Source: a virus. Taken from it: 64,000 nt of DNA. This document shows positions 1-11,600 of this stretch, in pieces. A model generated the notes under the pieces. That model searched no databases, had not been told where the DNA came from, and was given only the letters and a program-made list of their open reading frames with translations. The stretch covers positions 37,662 through 101,661 of the IMG/VR virus record IMGVR_UViG_3300007609_001079. One strand, written 5' to 3'. Position 1 is the stretch's first letter. Each line of letters opens with the position of its first letter. A program made the translations under genes and the position numbers.

Positions 1-172
1 AAAGTTCTTCAACTTCTTTATTTGAATAAAATGAATGTTCATAACAGGTTCTATCATCGGTTATTTCAACTGTTATTCCATCATTTGTAATTCCACTACG
101 TACAAATTCTCCACAGAGTGATAGAATTTTTTCACATTCTTTTTTGGTAAAAATTATATCTTGTTGTATCAT
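1..172 (-). CDS. Partial CDS running off the window edge, possibly a 2OG-Fe(II) oxygenase N-terminus
   Basis: Own translation: MIQQDIIFTKKECEKILSLCGEFVRSG...; the ATG overlaps the upstream stop (ATGA). IFTxxEC is typical of prolyl-hydroxylase-like N-termini. Confidence 0.45.
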   Translation of the reverse strand, partial: MIQQDIIFTKKECEKILSLCGEFVRSGITNDGITVEITDDRTCYEHSFYSNKEVEEL

Positions 173-2553
173 AGTTCTTGAGGAGTTTTAACAGTAGGTA
201 ATGTATCTACGGTAGGAGTTACACCCGGTGGTGTACCACCACCGCTTAATCTACCAAGTTCAATATAAATTGAAAAGTTTTTACCACTTGTATCAGATGT
301 AGTTAAATCGATTGTGGTATTAACACTTTGACCTGCACTTGGTGCAGTTACCTTTAATCTAAAATGAGTTATATATGGTGAAACATCTGGATATTCAGTT
401 AGAAAGTCAATATATGATAAACTTAGTGTAGAAGTTGGTGATACTATTGAAAAATTACCAAATCCATTTTCCACTACTCTATATGTTACCTCTGCGTTTG
501 TTCTTAATGAAAATGTTAAATATCGGGTATCACTTTCAGTAGCCGCCCAAAATCCACTTTGAACATACTGACCATTTATACCACCAACTTCCCAACCAGG
601 TCTTTGGGTAGTAGTAGTGGATGGAAAATATAAATATCCAGTTAAATCCACTGCTTGTTGAACAGTACTTCTTGATTTTACAAAAGTTGTATTGGAATTA
701 AACCACCCGCTTGGAACAGTCATTGAAGCATTTACCCATCGAGTTTCATCATTTACCGAAGCCTTAAATCCTCTTGCAAGAGTAACAGGTGTTCCTGAAT
801 TTTGTAAAGGAGTATATGTGGTTGTAATTGTTGGATTGCCCACCGCAGTTACATTTGCAGCTGTTATAGCTCCACTTGAAGCAACACTAAAATTTGTTAT
901 AGATACTTGTGCATCACCATATACTCTTGATTCCTGTATAGCACTTACAGTTCGTGTAAATGAACCAGGATTCTGATAAGTACTTGGTACATTTACCGTA
1001 ACATTTACATATCTTGGTGTATTTGTACCAACTAATGGAAATCCAGCTGCAGCTGAATATGATGTACCTGAATTAAATCCAGTTGTATATGTTATTGTGT
1101 ATGCAATATTACCAGTAGTTGTAACAGTTGGTACTGAAATATCACCAAATTCATCAACATCAAAACCACTAATAGCAATATTTGAATTACTCCAAATAGG
1201 TTTAGTAGTTTGCGAAAAAGTTACAGAATCCGATGGACTACCATCTAACACAGAAACCGATGCACTACCATTTCGTGTAGATGTTCCTGTATTTTCTAAT
1301 ATTCTTATATAAACTCTATCATCCCCATTACCACTTATATTAGCAGTAGTAAATCCACTTGTAGATGAAAGGGATTGTTGATAACCAGTTCCGGTTATAT
1401 CCGATATCCAATTTGTATTTGATACCACATCAAAGAATTTAGTTTCCCCTTGTGCACTAAATGAGAGTGTAGATGTTGCAATTGATAATGTTTCAACAAA
1501 TGCTGCTTGTGATAAGTTTACAGTATCGGATGGACTTCCATCAGTAACCGCTACTGAAACTGTTCCTGTTCGTGTAGATGTGTTTGTATTATTCAATGCC
1601 CGTATGTAAATAACATCATCTCCATTACCATTTATATTAGCAGTGGTAAATCCACTTGTTGATGATAGTGATTGTTGGAATCCGGTACCGGATATATTGG
1701 AAATCCAATCGGTATTTGATAAAACTGTAAATGATTTAACTTGTGAAGTTGATGTAAATGATAATGAACTAATAGCTATTGATAATGTCTCTACAAATCC
1801 AGATTGTGTATGTGTTATACTTCTTTCTTGGTTAAAATTGGTAGTACTTATTGAAAAATTTAATTGAGCGGTTCGTTGTGGGCCTGTATTACTTGCCATA
1901 GTTAATGTAAACCTATATCTACTTGTACTTCCTAAATTGGTTTTAACGGGAGATGATAACGTAAACCCACTACCAATTACCGTACCAGTTACTACAAGAG
2001 GATTTGTTACAGTTACATCTTGTGTAAATGAAGTTGTAGATGTAGCTATGGTTTGTGCTGTACTTGGAGTTAATACAATAGAAGCTGGATTACCTGCCTG
2101 TACTACTGATAATGTACGATATGTATTCCCACCCTGCCCTATGAATGTAATTGTTGCACTTCGTTCTGTATTACCAAGAGTATTATTAGAAGAAGCTACA
2201 AAACTAATACTACCATTATTAGAAGTACTCAAATAAACCGTATCAGTTTCTAACCAAGCGGGTTTGCCAACCATTAATGTAAATCCATTAGTACTAAAAT
2301 TGATTGTTTGTGTACTTGTTACATTTGAATATGATAACGATGTTGGTGAAATACCAACGGAAGTAGCAGTTAAATTTAAACTTTTATTATAAAAAGAATC
2401 AGCTAAAACAATATTACGTGGAGATGCTGCATTATAATTATCAATATTGAACACTTGTGCCATTTCTGTAAAGGTGTTTGTATTACCTTTAGAAATAGTA
2501 GCTTCATCTTGTAAATCTCTTATACTCAGAGGTCCGCTAGGTGGTAATGGCAT
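169..2553 (-). CDS. Tail fibre/adhesin with BACON-like Ig repeats
   Basis: N-terminal MPLPPSGPLSIRDL resembles phage fibre-tip adhesins. S/T-rich beta repeats with VxSNTxW...RTGTVSV...VxLSQ (BACON-like). Lies directly downstream of the S74 tail fibre. Confidence 0.7.
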   Translation of the reverse strand: MPLPPSGPLSIRDLQDEATISKGNTNTFTEMAQVFNIDNYNAASPRNIVLADSFYNKSLNLTATSVGISPTSLSYSNVTSTQTINFSTNGFTLMVGKPAWLETDTVYLSTSNNGSISFVASSNNTLGNTERSATITFIGQGGNTYRTLSVVQAGNPASIVLTPSTAQTIATSTTSFTQDVTVTNPLVVTGTVIGSGFTLSSPVKTNLGSTSRYRFTLTMASNTGPQRTAQLNFSISTTNFNQERSITHTQSGFVETLSIAISSLSFTSTSQVKSFTVLSNTDWISNISGTGFQQSLSSTSGFTTANINGNGDDVIYIRALNNTNTSTRTGTVSVAVTDGSPSDTVNLSQAAFVETLSIATSTLSFSAQGETKFFDVVSNTNWISDITGTGYQQSLSSTSGFTTANISGNGDDRVYIRILENTGTSTRNGSASVSVLDGSPSDSVTFSQTTKPIWSNSNIAISGFDVDEFGDISVPTVTTTGNIAYTITYTTGFNSGTSYSAAAGFPLVGTNTPRYVNVTVNVPSTYQNPGSFTRTVSAIQESRVYGDAQVSITNFSVASSGAITAANVTAVGNPTITTTYTPLQNSGTPVTLARGFKASVNDETRWVNASMTVPSGWFNSNTTFVKSRSTVQQAVDLTGYLYFPSTTTTQRPGWEVGGINGQYVQSGFWAATESDTRYLTFSLRTNAEVTYRVVENGFGNFSIVSPTSTLSLSYIDFLTEYPDVSPYITHFRLKVTAPSAGQSVNTTIDLTTSDTSGKNFSIYIELGRLSGGGTPPGVTPTVDTLPTVKTPQEL

Positions 2554-5500
2554 TATTTATCCTTTTTTAAATTTTTGTTTTCTTCTTCTAATTCAATTAA
2601 TCTATTATTTAGATTTTTTACAGCTTCTAATAGATATACAGTTAACTTTTCATACTTAACGCCCATATATCCACCATACATATCACCAACTAATTCTGGC
2701 ATATTTTCTTTAATTTCTTGCGCAATTACACCAACATCATGTCCTTTGGAATTATGTATTTTTTCATATTCAGGTCTCCAATCAAACTCATAACCACCAA
2801 TTTTATTTATTTTATCAAATGGATTATTAATAGGAATTATATTATCCTTCAATCTTTTATCCGATGAATAGTATGCGGTTATATTTCCAGTAGCAGTTAT
2901 ATTTCCACCCACCTCAACCATTGTACCCGATGCTTGTCTATCCATTCTAACATATTCAGTAGTAGTTCTTACAACCTGCAATCCTCCACCATTTATTTCA
3001 GTTACCGAAACTTCTTTAAATACTCTAACATTTGAGTATCCGGCTCCACGTCCTTCGATAGTTAAATCGGCAAAATATCCATTTGGAAGAAATATACTTG
3101 AATATATTGGAATATTATATGTAACTAATACTTTACTTCTTACAGTATATGTACCACCATTAGCATTAAATGTAGTTGCTTGTGGTCCACGGGAACTTGG
3201 TATGGTTACAAAATTTCTAGTAGTAACTTCTGATTGAGTTGAACCAACTAAATCGAGAGCAACCCCATTAAAAACAGATTGTACATGTTGAGCAGCAACA
3301 TTACCACCACTATCTATTAGTTGTAAATAAATTGTACATGAAATTTGAGCATTTCCTACTGTCATGTAATATGAACTTGGGTTTTGACCCGGTATTTCAA
3401 GAACTATATTAGCAGATAATGATGCATCGTTACTTGGATATGAATTATCTTGGTTATCAATAGAATCATATGCAAATGTTAAAGTTTGACCAGATAATCC
3501 AGATGTACTTATTGTGCCCGCATCATATGAATCTTCTAAGGTTCCGGTAAACGTAGTTTGATTACTAAATTGAGAAAATCTAGTATCCCCATCATAAACG
3601 GTTCCTTCCGGTACGTTTACCGAACCAGCAGTTGTCGCACCTAATGCAGATAAATTTGCCGATGAGTTTAAATCTACACGAATTGTAGTACCATCTTGGA
3701 TTTCAATCGCAGGTCTAGCTGCATTTAAAACAATTTGATTCGGTTTATAAATTTTGTCAGATGTGATTATCCAACCACCGATATTACCTAATGTAGATGT
3801 GATTTCACCAGAAAAAGTTCCTTCGGCCCCAACAAACGTAGTACCATTAATCACACCACCGGTAATATTTGCACCGGTAATATTTGCACCGGCTGATATA
3901 TTTCCTGCAAAGAACGCATCACCACTACTATCTATTCTAAACGAAGGTGTAGTTATAGTTCCGCCAGTTAAATCAAAATTAGTACCATTTGTTGAAAAAT
4001 TACTACCATCAGTTACACCACTATAACTATTTGATTGAATATTTCCTGTCCTAATTTTATTACCTTGAATGGTTGTGGTATTACTATTTACATCTCCAGC
4101 CGCATCACCTGGTCCTAACAAATTTCCAGCTGTCGTACCCCCAATGGTAACTGTATCTGATATTGTACCGGTAGTTGCGCTAATATTTCCCTTTATCTCT
4201 AATGTAGTTCCTGTCCATTTAAGGTAGTTAGTGTTTCCATTTTCAAGAGACATTTTATATTCCCCATCACCATCCCTACCAATGAATATACCATCCCCAA
4301 CCGAATATCCTTGATTTCCTTGTGTATTCGATTGACCTAATGAGAAGTAAGGAAAATTATCTCCACCATATAAGGTTATATTTGCTGAAGAAAGTGCACC
4401 ACTATTATTCGAACCAATATTCAAAGTGTTTCTAACAAACGATTCATCAAATATTGCTATCTTTGCAGCTACAAAGAAATCTTCAGTACCTAAATCTTGC
4501 CAGAAAGTATTTCCACCTGAAGTAGGAACTTGGTTTGTATTAGATTGTAATGTAGCGTAATATCTTCCATCATATAAAACAGCATCTCTTCTTCCATTAG
4601 ATATATCATATTGGTATGTACGTGATGAATTCCATGGACCTGTAAACACAATACCTGGACCGGTTGAACCCTCTGCTATAACTCGTATTGAGTGCGTCTT
4701 TTCAATAGCATCTGATTCATTTCCATCTCTATCTTTATATGTAACATCAAATGTAATTAGGTTACCAAGTACACTAGCCGGCTTTGCAGCAGTTATTGTA
4801 CCATCTGAATTTGATGAGGTACCATCTCCATTTGAATCTGTTAAGTTTGTAATTTTAAAAGTTCCATTTGTAGATAGTGTTGCATCATATGTGTATAATC
4901 CAAGAGAATCATATACTTGAACAGAAAATGTATTAGTATCTGATATGATATCATTAACATCTACACTAACTTCTTGAGATGGTGGGTTTAATTCTATTGT
5001 AACCGCACCCAATCCATCCACACCTTGTTTAGCAACACCAATGGTAAATGAAATATCTTCACTATCAGAAGTTCCTTCTGAGTTTACATAATTTATTGTA
5101 GCAGTACCACTAACCGTTGTAGATGGTGAAGTATCTGCGGTTATTACACCTAATGATGAAACACTAAATTCAGAAGATAGAGATTCTATTGTGAATTGAT
5201 ATTCACTTGGAGCTCCACTATTTAGGTATGTATAATTTGTAGTACCTTCTTTTACTGAAATATTAATCTCACTTGGTGTTGACCCAAAATCTATTGTTTG
5301 TGATTGTGGTGATACTGTAACCAATACATTAGGTGCAGCTTTTTTAACTTTAGATAATGCGATTGTATCTGTAATTGTTCGAGGAGTTCCTTCAGAATCT
5401 TCTACTGTGGCAGATATTGCAACAGTTGTTGAATCTATATTATCACCTAAAGTTCTACCACTTAATGTGATTGTACCACTTAATTCATCAGTAACAATAC

Positions 5501-8372
5501 TTGAAATATCAGATGAAATTGCATCTAAATTTGTAATTGTTTTATTAGATGAACTTCCTTCATATTGTTCTTTAACAACAACAATTGAATTACTAAAAGA
5601 ACCTGTTTGTTCGCCTGTTGATTTAGCAACTACACTTTGGTCTTTATTACTTGTTTCAATTGAAAGAAGTGGTGCAGCTATTTTTGATTTAGAATAATTT
5701 ACCTTTTTGGTAAAATCTATTTCAGTTGCATTATCACCAGCTTTATATCTTATTAAAAGTGTTAAATCTCCACTATCTCCACTCATCGCAGAAATACCAT
5801 ATGAGTTGGAATCTGGGTTAGGGTCATTTGGAGTTACACCTGATGATGGGGTTACTGAAACTATATCAAAGGTATTTTTAGTTCCCAATCCTTCACTATG
5901 TGAAATAACATTCGAACCAATTCTAACATCAACTGTACCATCACCATTATCAAATTCAGTAGAAGTTACATTACCAATTGAATCGGATTTGAATGAGGTA
6001 TTTTCTGTTGAAAGAACCACCGAGACCCCATCAAAGTTTATTACTTTTGAAATGGTAATTTCATCAGATTGTTCTACTCCAAAAACATCCGAGCCAGTAA
6101 ATTCATATGTAATTTCATCAAAGTTATTTTCTGCAAATGATGCAGAAAATTGTAACGCAGATAAGGTATATGTAGTTACACCACTTTCAGTAGAAACCTC
6201 AACTAAATCAGGTCCATTTACATTACTTTTATTAATAGTAATTGGAGTATCAATTGATGCTAAGTTTTTCCTTTGTGCACGAATTGTGATACTCTGTCCA
6301 CTTGGTTTTGGTGAAAGTGTTGTTGGTTCGTAAATAAATTGATTTGCGTTTGAACTAACTAAAAGAGTGGGTGCATTTTCACCATCTTCCAAACGATATA
6401 TTGTTTCAAATTCTTCAAGTTCCTCAATCGATGCAGTATAGATTATAGAGAATACTTCTGGTTTAGGGTCTACACCACCCCACGTTCCTTCAAATGAACC
6501 AATAGTAACCAACCCACCATTATTACTTGGATTGGTTAAACCACCAGGATATGATACCCAATCCGTTGGTTCGATGTAAACACCATCTTCATCAAATGCA
6601 CTCGAGAAATATGCAACTGAACCTGTTAAATTTTGGATAGTAGTTTTAAATTGTATTTGTTGTGATGTAGGACTTGCCGAACCACTTATATATCTAAATG
6701 CATTTCTATCCGATTCAAAGGTTAATAATTTTGAAGTTGTATTAAAATCGTTACCACCATTGAAAGTTTTGGTTGCAACTACATTGACTGGAATGTAATT
6801 ATTATTTATATCGTAAAACTCGAATCGGAAATCAAATGTTTCACTTGCAAGTTTTCTTGGTATATCTTGGATTAAGGTAAATTCATCAGGTGAGAATGAT
6901 GTATCTTGTGCATTCTTTAAAGATACATTTGAGATATACCAATCATCTCCTTTGAATTCAAATACCAATTTAGCATCAACATTTTGTTGTGCTATAATAT
7001 TTTCACTAATAGATTTACGAACCACATAGGAACCATCCGGAGTAACATCTACAAACGATTGAGTAAATGGACTACCATTATCATATGCTCCACTAAAATA
7101 AGCTTTAAGATATTTATCATCTGATATGGACCCACTTAATAAAGTTCTAAAGTTTAAAGTGTATTCAACATCTTTAGAAATAGAAAAAGATTGTGAAGTG
7201 ATTAACTGTTGAATACCACTACCATTATAATCTATTTTAACTGCTTGAGATAAAACAGAAGAATCTATTTCAGTTGGGTGGTCTATACTTGTGGTAACCC
7301 AATATCTTTCTAAATTAGTTTGGTCAAATCTACCATAAGATAATTCAGTATTTTCGGTAGTGGTTATATCACGAAGTAATTCCGTTGATTCTAATCTTGA
7401 TTCTTGTACAAATTGAAAATCATTTGCAGAACTTCTTGATTTACGAAATACCTTAACCCTTGCAACATCACCAACAAAAGTTTTTAATTGAGTAATATCT
7501 ATTTTAGCAAATGAACCAGTAAGCGCAGATTCTCCAATAGTTTCACGTTGGAAATCGGTATAAGTAACTGAATATGATTGTGATGTAAAATTATCAACTA
7601 TATTATTATCGTTGGTATATGGTATATTTACTAAAAGTTCTCTATCATTAAGAACCTCAATTATATTCGAGGAATATGTAGAACCATCAACATTTACATC
7701 GATTGTATTTTCATCAACATCAATATCCCATGTACCCGAACTTTTAATTAATTTATAGAAAGTACCCCCACGATAGTTTGTTAAATCGGTTCCTGCGTTT
7801 GGTAGTTGAGCAACACCACTAACTTCACCCGTATCAGTAACTTGATTAACACTTTTAGTAAAAATAGGTTTTACAAGTTCATCTATGGATACTAATGGTC
7901 TTTTGTAAAACCTAACAATAGTTTCGTTGGCAAGGTTTTTATTTATCTTAAATGTCCTCTCCCACTTAACATTGTAGATACCCCTCCATTCTTCTGGCAC
8001 GGGTAGTGTTTCACCATTAGGACCTATATAATTTTTTAACTCACCAAGAATGGTGATTTTACCTAAGCCTATTGGAGTATCATCATAAACATGAACTGAT
8101 ACTAATTTTGAAGTTCCCTCATAGTATTCGGGTATACCATCACCTGGTTCAAAATATACAGGATTTCCTTCAACATCTAATACTTCAATTTTTACCTCAG
8201 TAGTTTCTTTTAAAAACTCAGAACCTTCAATTAAAAACCCATTTTTACCACCAGTATATTGTTCAGTAAATTCAGAAATCCTAAAGTAATCTGAATTAGG
8301 ATTTTCATCTACCAAAAAAGTTTGGAAATTGGAAAGGTTTTGAAAGGGTGAAAAAGATTTTATTATTGCCAT
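2553..8372 (-). CDS. Long tail fibre protein with C-terminal intramolecular chaperone (peptidase S74)
   Basis: C-terminal SDKRLKDNI...GYEFDW...GVIAQEI plus coiled coil. Start adjusted to MAIIKSF (8372), which has a GGAGA RBS and a late promoter. Confidence 0.85.
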   Translation of the reverse strand: MAIIKSFSPFQNLSNFQTFLVDENPNSDYFRISEFTEQYTGGKNGFLIEGSEFLKETTEVKIEVLDVEGNPVYFEPGDGIPEYYEGTSKLVSVHVYDDTPIGLGKITILGELKNYIGPNGETLPVPEEWRGIYNVKWERTFKINKNLANETIVRFYKRPLVSIDELVKPIFTKSVNQVTDTGEVSGVAQLPNAGTDLTNYRGGTFYKLIKSSGTWDIDVDENTIDVNVDGSTYSSNIIEVLNDRELLVNIPYTNDNNIVDNFTSQSYSVTYTDFQRETIGESALTGSFAKIDITQLKTFVGDVARVKVFRKSRSSANDFQFVQESRLESTELLRDITTTENTELSYGRFDQTNLERYWVTTSIDHPTEIDSSVLSQAVKIDYNGSGIQQLITSQSFSISKDVEYTLNFRTLLSGSISDDKYLKAYFSGAYDNGSPFTQSFVDVTPDGSYVVRKSISENIIAQQNVDAKLVFEFKGDDWYISNVSLKNAQDTSFSPDEFTLIQDIPRKLASETFDFRFEFYDINNNYIPVNVVATKTFNGGNDFNTTSKLLTFESDRNAFRYISGSASPTSQQIQFKTTIQNLTGSVAYFSSAFDEDGVYIEPTDWVSYPGGLTNPSNNGGLVTIGSFEGTWGGVDPKPEVFSIIYTASIEELEEFETIYRLEDGENAPTLLVSSNANQFIYEPTTLSPKPSGQSITIRAQRKNLASIDTPITINKSNVNGPDLVEVSTESGVTTYTLSALQFSASFAENNFDEITYEFTGSDVFGVEQSDEITISKVINFDGVSVVLSTENTSFKSDSIGNVTSTEFDNGDGTVDVRIGSNVISHSEGLGTKNTFDIVSVTPSSGVTPNDPNPDSNSYGISAMSGDSGDLTLLIRYKAGDNATEIDFTKKVNYSKSKIAAPLLSIETSNKDQSVVAKSTGEQTGSFSNSIVVVKEQYEGSSSNKTITNLDAISSDISSIVTDELSGTITLSGRTLGDNIDSTTVAISATVEDSEGTPRTITDTIALSKVKKAAPNVLVTVSPQSQTIDFGSTPSEINISVKEGTTNYTYLNSGAPSEYQFTIESLSSEFSVSSLGVITADTSPSTTVSGTATINYVNSEGTSDSEDISFTIGVAKQGVDGLGAVTIELNPPSQEVSVDVNDIISDTNTFSVQVYDSLGLYTYDATLSTNGTFKITNLTDSNGDGTSSNSDGTITAAKPASVLGNLITFDVTYKDRDGNESDAIEKTHSIRVIAEGSTGPGIVFTGPWNSSRTYQYDISNGRRDAVLYDGRYYATLQSNTNQVPTSGGNTFWQDLGTEDFFVAAKIAIFDESFVRNTLNIGSNNSGALSSANITLYGGDNFPYFSLGQSNTQGNQGYSVGDGIFIGRDGDGEYKMSLENGNTNYLKWTGTTLEIKGNISATTGTISDTVTIGGTTAGNLLGPGDAAGDVNSNTTTIQGNKIRTGNIQSNSYSGVTDGSNFSTNGTNFDLTGGTITTPSFRIDSSGDAFFAGNISAGANITGANITGGVINGTTFVGAEGTFSGEITSTLGNIGGWIITSDKIYKPNQIVLNAARPAIEIQDGTTIRVDLNSSANLSALGATTAGSVNVPEGTVYDGDTRFSQFSNQTTFTGTLEDSYDAGTISTSGLSGQTLTFAYDSIDNQDNSYPSNDASLSANIVLEIPGQNPSSYYMTVGNAQISCTIYLQLIDSGGNVAAQHVQSVFNGVALDLVGSTQSEVTTRNFVTIPSSRGPQATTFNANGGTYTVRSKVLVTYNIPIYSSIFLPNGYFADLTIEGRGAGYSNVRVFKEVSVTEINGGGLQVVRTTTEYVRMDRQASGTMVEVGGNITATGNITAYYSSDKRLKDNIIPINNPFDKINKIGGYEFDWRPEYEKIHNSKGHDVGVIAQEIKENMPELVGDMYGGYMGVKYEKLTVYLLEAVKNLNNRLIELEEENKNLKKDK

Positions 8373-8456
8373 TGAGTATTCTCCATATACACTATAAATA
8401 TACCTCAAAAAAAGTTATAATATATTTATACATAGAAATACATAGAAAGTTATAGA

Positions 8457-8615
8457 ATGAGAAAATATACTACAATACAGATACAAAAAGAAACCCATGA
8501 ACTCTTACAAGAATATTGTAAGGAACATGGGTATAAATTAAGCGGATTGGTAGAATCGTTAATTAAACAAAGATGTACTCAATCTCGTAATGTTCTTCCG
8601 GTCACTAAAACTTAA
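8457..8615 (+). CDS. Small ribbon-helix-helix (CopG/Arc-like) DNA-binding protein, 52 aa, absent from the ORF track
   Basis: MRKYTTIQIQKETHELLQEYCKEHGYKLSGLVESLIKQRC...: alternating beta strand, helix, G-x-K-L-S turn, helix. TATTTATA lies upstream on the + strand (8423-8430). Confidence 0.75.
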   Translation: MRKYTTIQIQKETHELLQEYCKEHGYKLSGLVESLIKQRCTQSRNVLPVTKT

Positions 8616-11600
8616 CATGAGAGAAACCTTCTACTTTTTTAATTTCAATTAAATTATCTACCACATCTCGCATGGAATCGATATGGGAGATAATCATGAC
8701 GAAATCAAACTGTGTTTTAAGGTAGGTAAACAGCATAAAGAGTGATTGTAGGTTCTCACTATCTAAAGTTCCAAATCCTTCATCTATCACGAGAAAATTA
8801 GGTCGTGGTAGGTTACATACGTTGATTAGAGCAACTCTAATCGCAAGACCACTAATAAACCTCTCCATACCACTACACATTTCTAAACTCCATCTCTGGT
8901 CTCCATATACAAGGTAGGCGTTGATATTCTTACCATCAATCTCTAACTGCATTCCAAAATCAACAATCTGACCTAAGATGTTATTTACCTCACCTTCAAT
9001 CATTGGAAGTGATTTCTCAATGAGTTCATAACTCACACCATCTTTAGAAAGAGCGTTTAGATAATAATCAAATAATTTAGATTGTTGTTCTAAATCCTTT
9101 ACTTCACTAATTCGTTCTTGTATAGATTCTTTTTGATTTTGTAATGCAGATACTTTACCATTTAAAGTTAGAATATCTTTATTAACCTTTTTTAAATCAT
9201 TTTTAACAATATCTAATTTTGAACGAACTTCTGAAATTTGACTTCTAATTTCTTTATTTTGTTTTATTTGTTCTTCGTTCTTATAATATTCTTCAATTAG
9301 TTGTTTTTGTTGTACAACTTGAGTATCTAAACGAATTTCTTCGGTTTCGGTTGTTGATAACTTGTTGATAAGTTGTGAGATTTCCCTATCTAATTTATCC
9401 TCCTTTTCCTTGACTTCCTTATACTTAACATACTCATCCTCGATATCTTTAAGTTCTTGTAATGATTGAGAAATTATTTGAATTCCCTCGTTGAATTTAA
9501 CCAAGTGTAATTCACCATCTTGGATTTGAGAATCTACACTTGCCTTTTGTTCTAATATAGTTTGAGAGTTATCCATACACACATCACAATTTTCATTGTA
9601 TCTGTGTTTATCCAAATGTTCTTTCCTTTCTCTTAGGGATTCTAATTTAATTTGAATTTTATCTACTTCGGATTCTGCCCTTTGAAGTTTTGTTTTTCCT
9701 TCTTGGATTTTTTGAATACCATTTTCTAACTTTTCCTCATCATATGTATCTAAAATTTCTTCCAACGTAAGCTGTAATTCTTCTCTATGAGTTATAAGTT
9801 CTTGAGTAGAACTCTTTTTGGTTTTTACCTCATCTAATTTAGATTCTAATATCTTCAATCGAGATTCCAATTCCTCAATAGATACACCACTATCTGCGTT
9901 TAATTTTACTATTTTAGAATTTAAGTAAATGATTTGTTTATTTAATCCATCTTCTTCAGTTGTTAATGATGATTGATTAATTTCTAAAAGGTTGTATTCA
10001 GATTTATCAGTTTTTAATTGTGTATCGATATTAGCCAACTTTGTCGTAAAATCATCGGACTTGAATTTTCTGATAAGTGTTGCATTATCTCTATTCTCAT
10101 CTGATGCCTTTTGGTATAATTTATCAAAGATATCTACACCAATAAATTGAGAAAGTATTTCTTTTCTTTCTGATTGTGATTTATCAATAAAGAGTGCATT
10201 GTTTCCTTGTAAAGATAAGGTAGTTAAAACAAAATCTTCAAACTTACCTAAATACTTTTCAATATTCTGATTGGTTTCTCTCCTTTGTTCTCCATTGAGT
10301 GAAGTTATAACACCTCCACTTTCAGACCAGAAATTTACATCTACTTTTACTGCTGTTTTCTTTCTAACATACTTAGCAGTTCGTTCAATGAAGTAATCTA
10401 CCCCATCAATTTCAAAGTTAAATTTACAATAGAATTTATCTGAACGATTATTTAAGATATTCTTTGCAACATTAGTTTTAGATGTTTTATCATAAATTAC
10501 AAACGATAATGCATCGAATAAAGAAGATTTACCACTTGCGTTCGGAGCAAAAATTCCAACGATTCCTTGTGCATTATCAAACTTTATTTTGTTTCCTTCA
10601 CCATATGAGAACATATTAGAAAACTCTAAAGTTTTTGGTGTCCAAAGAATATTACCCATTGAATCTGAATCATCAATTTGAGTATTTAAATCTTTATTAA
10701 TATCTGTTATTTTATCTAATTCACCTTCTTCTAACAAATATTGTCTTTCTAAGTAATCACGAATTAATTGGTTTTGAAAAGTTTCATCTTTTACGTTACC
10801 AACGATGTTTTTGTTTACCTTTTGGTTTGTTTTTAACTGACCTATTGTATCTGTTCTTGTTACTGTAACCTCTGCAACCTTGAATAGTTTTTTCAATTCG
10901 GTGATACGAAGTTTCATATCACTTGGTTCGGTATTGGTAAATCTCAATCTTAAACGAGGATACTTTGGAAGTTTAGTATCAACTTCATCGTAAACCCATT
11001 GTGGAATTTGACCATCAATTACATCGACAGTTAAGAACCCATAATCATTATGAATATGATGTTCGGTGAAAGTACGAGTAGGTACATCCCACAATAAGTA
11101 ACCATGATTTTCTAATAGTTCACCATGATTCTGTTGAACCATAGAACCTGCATAAGCAACCCACTCATAACCTTCACCGAAAGTTTGTCTTTTGTGAATA
11201 TCACCTAACATTGCCATATCGAACCCATCAAACATATCTACTTGGAATGAGTTTGAAGAGACAGTATAACCAATATCAGTTTGTGCTTTGTTTACAGGTC
11301 CATGGAATAAAACAATTTTATTTTCACCTTCTACATCTTTACCTTTAGGCCAGTTTTCCTTATCATCTAAGATAGAATAAACCACAAAGGTAAGGTTGTG
11401 TATGTTATACACTCCAGTATCCCTTAGATAGTGGATACGTGAGTTGTTGAGGTTTTCAACAATAGGTGTAAGAACATCTAACCTATGATTGTTATTTAAA
11501 TTACAATCGTGATTACCTGTGATTAAGATAGTTTCTCGTAATTTCGCACACTCGGTTAAGAACCATGAGATTTCTTGAACCAACTCGGGACTCATCTCGG

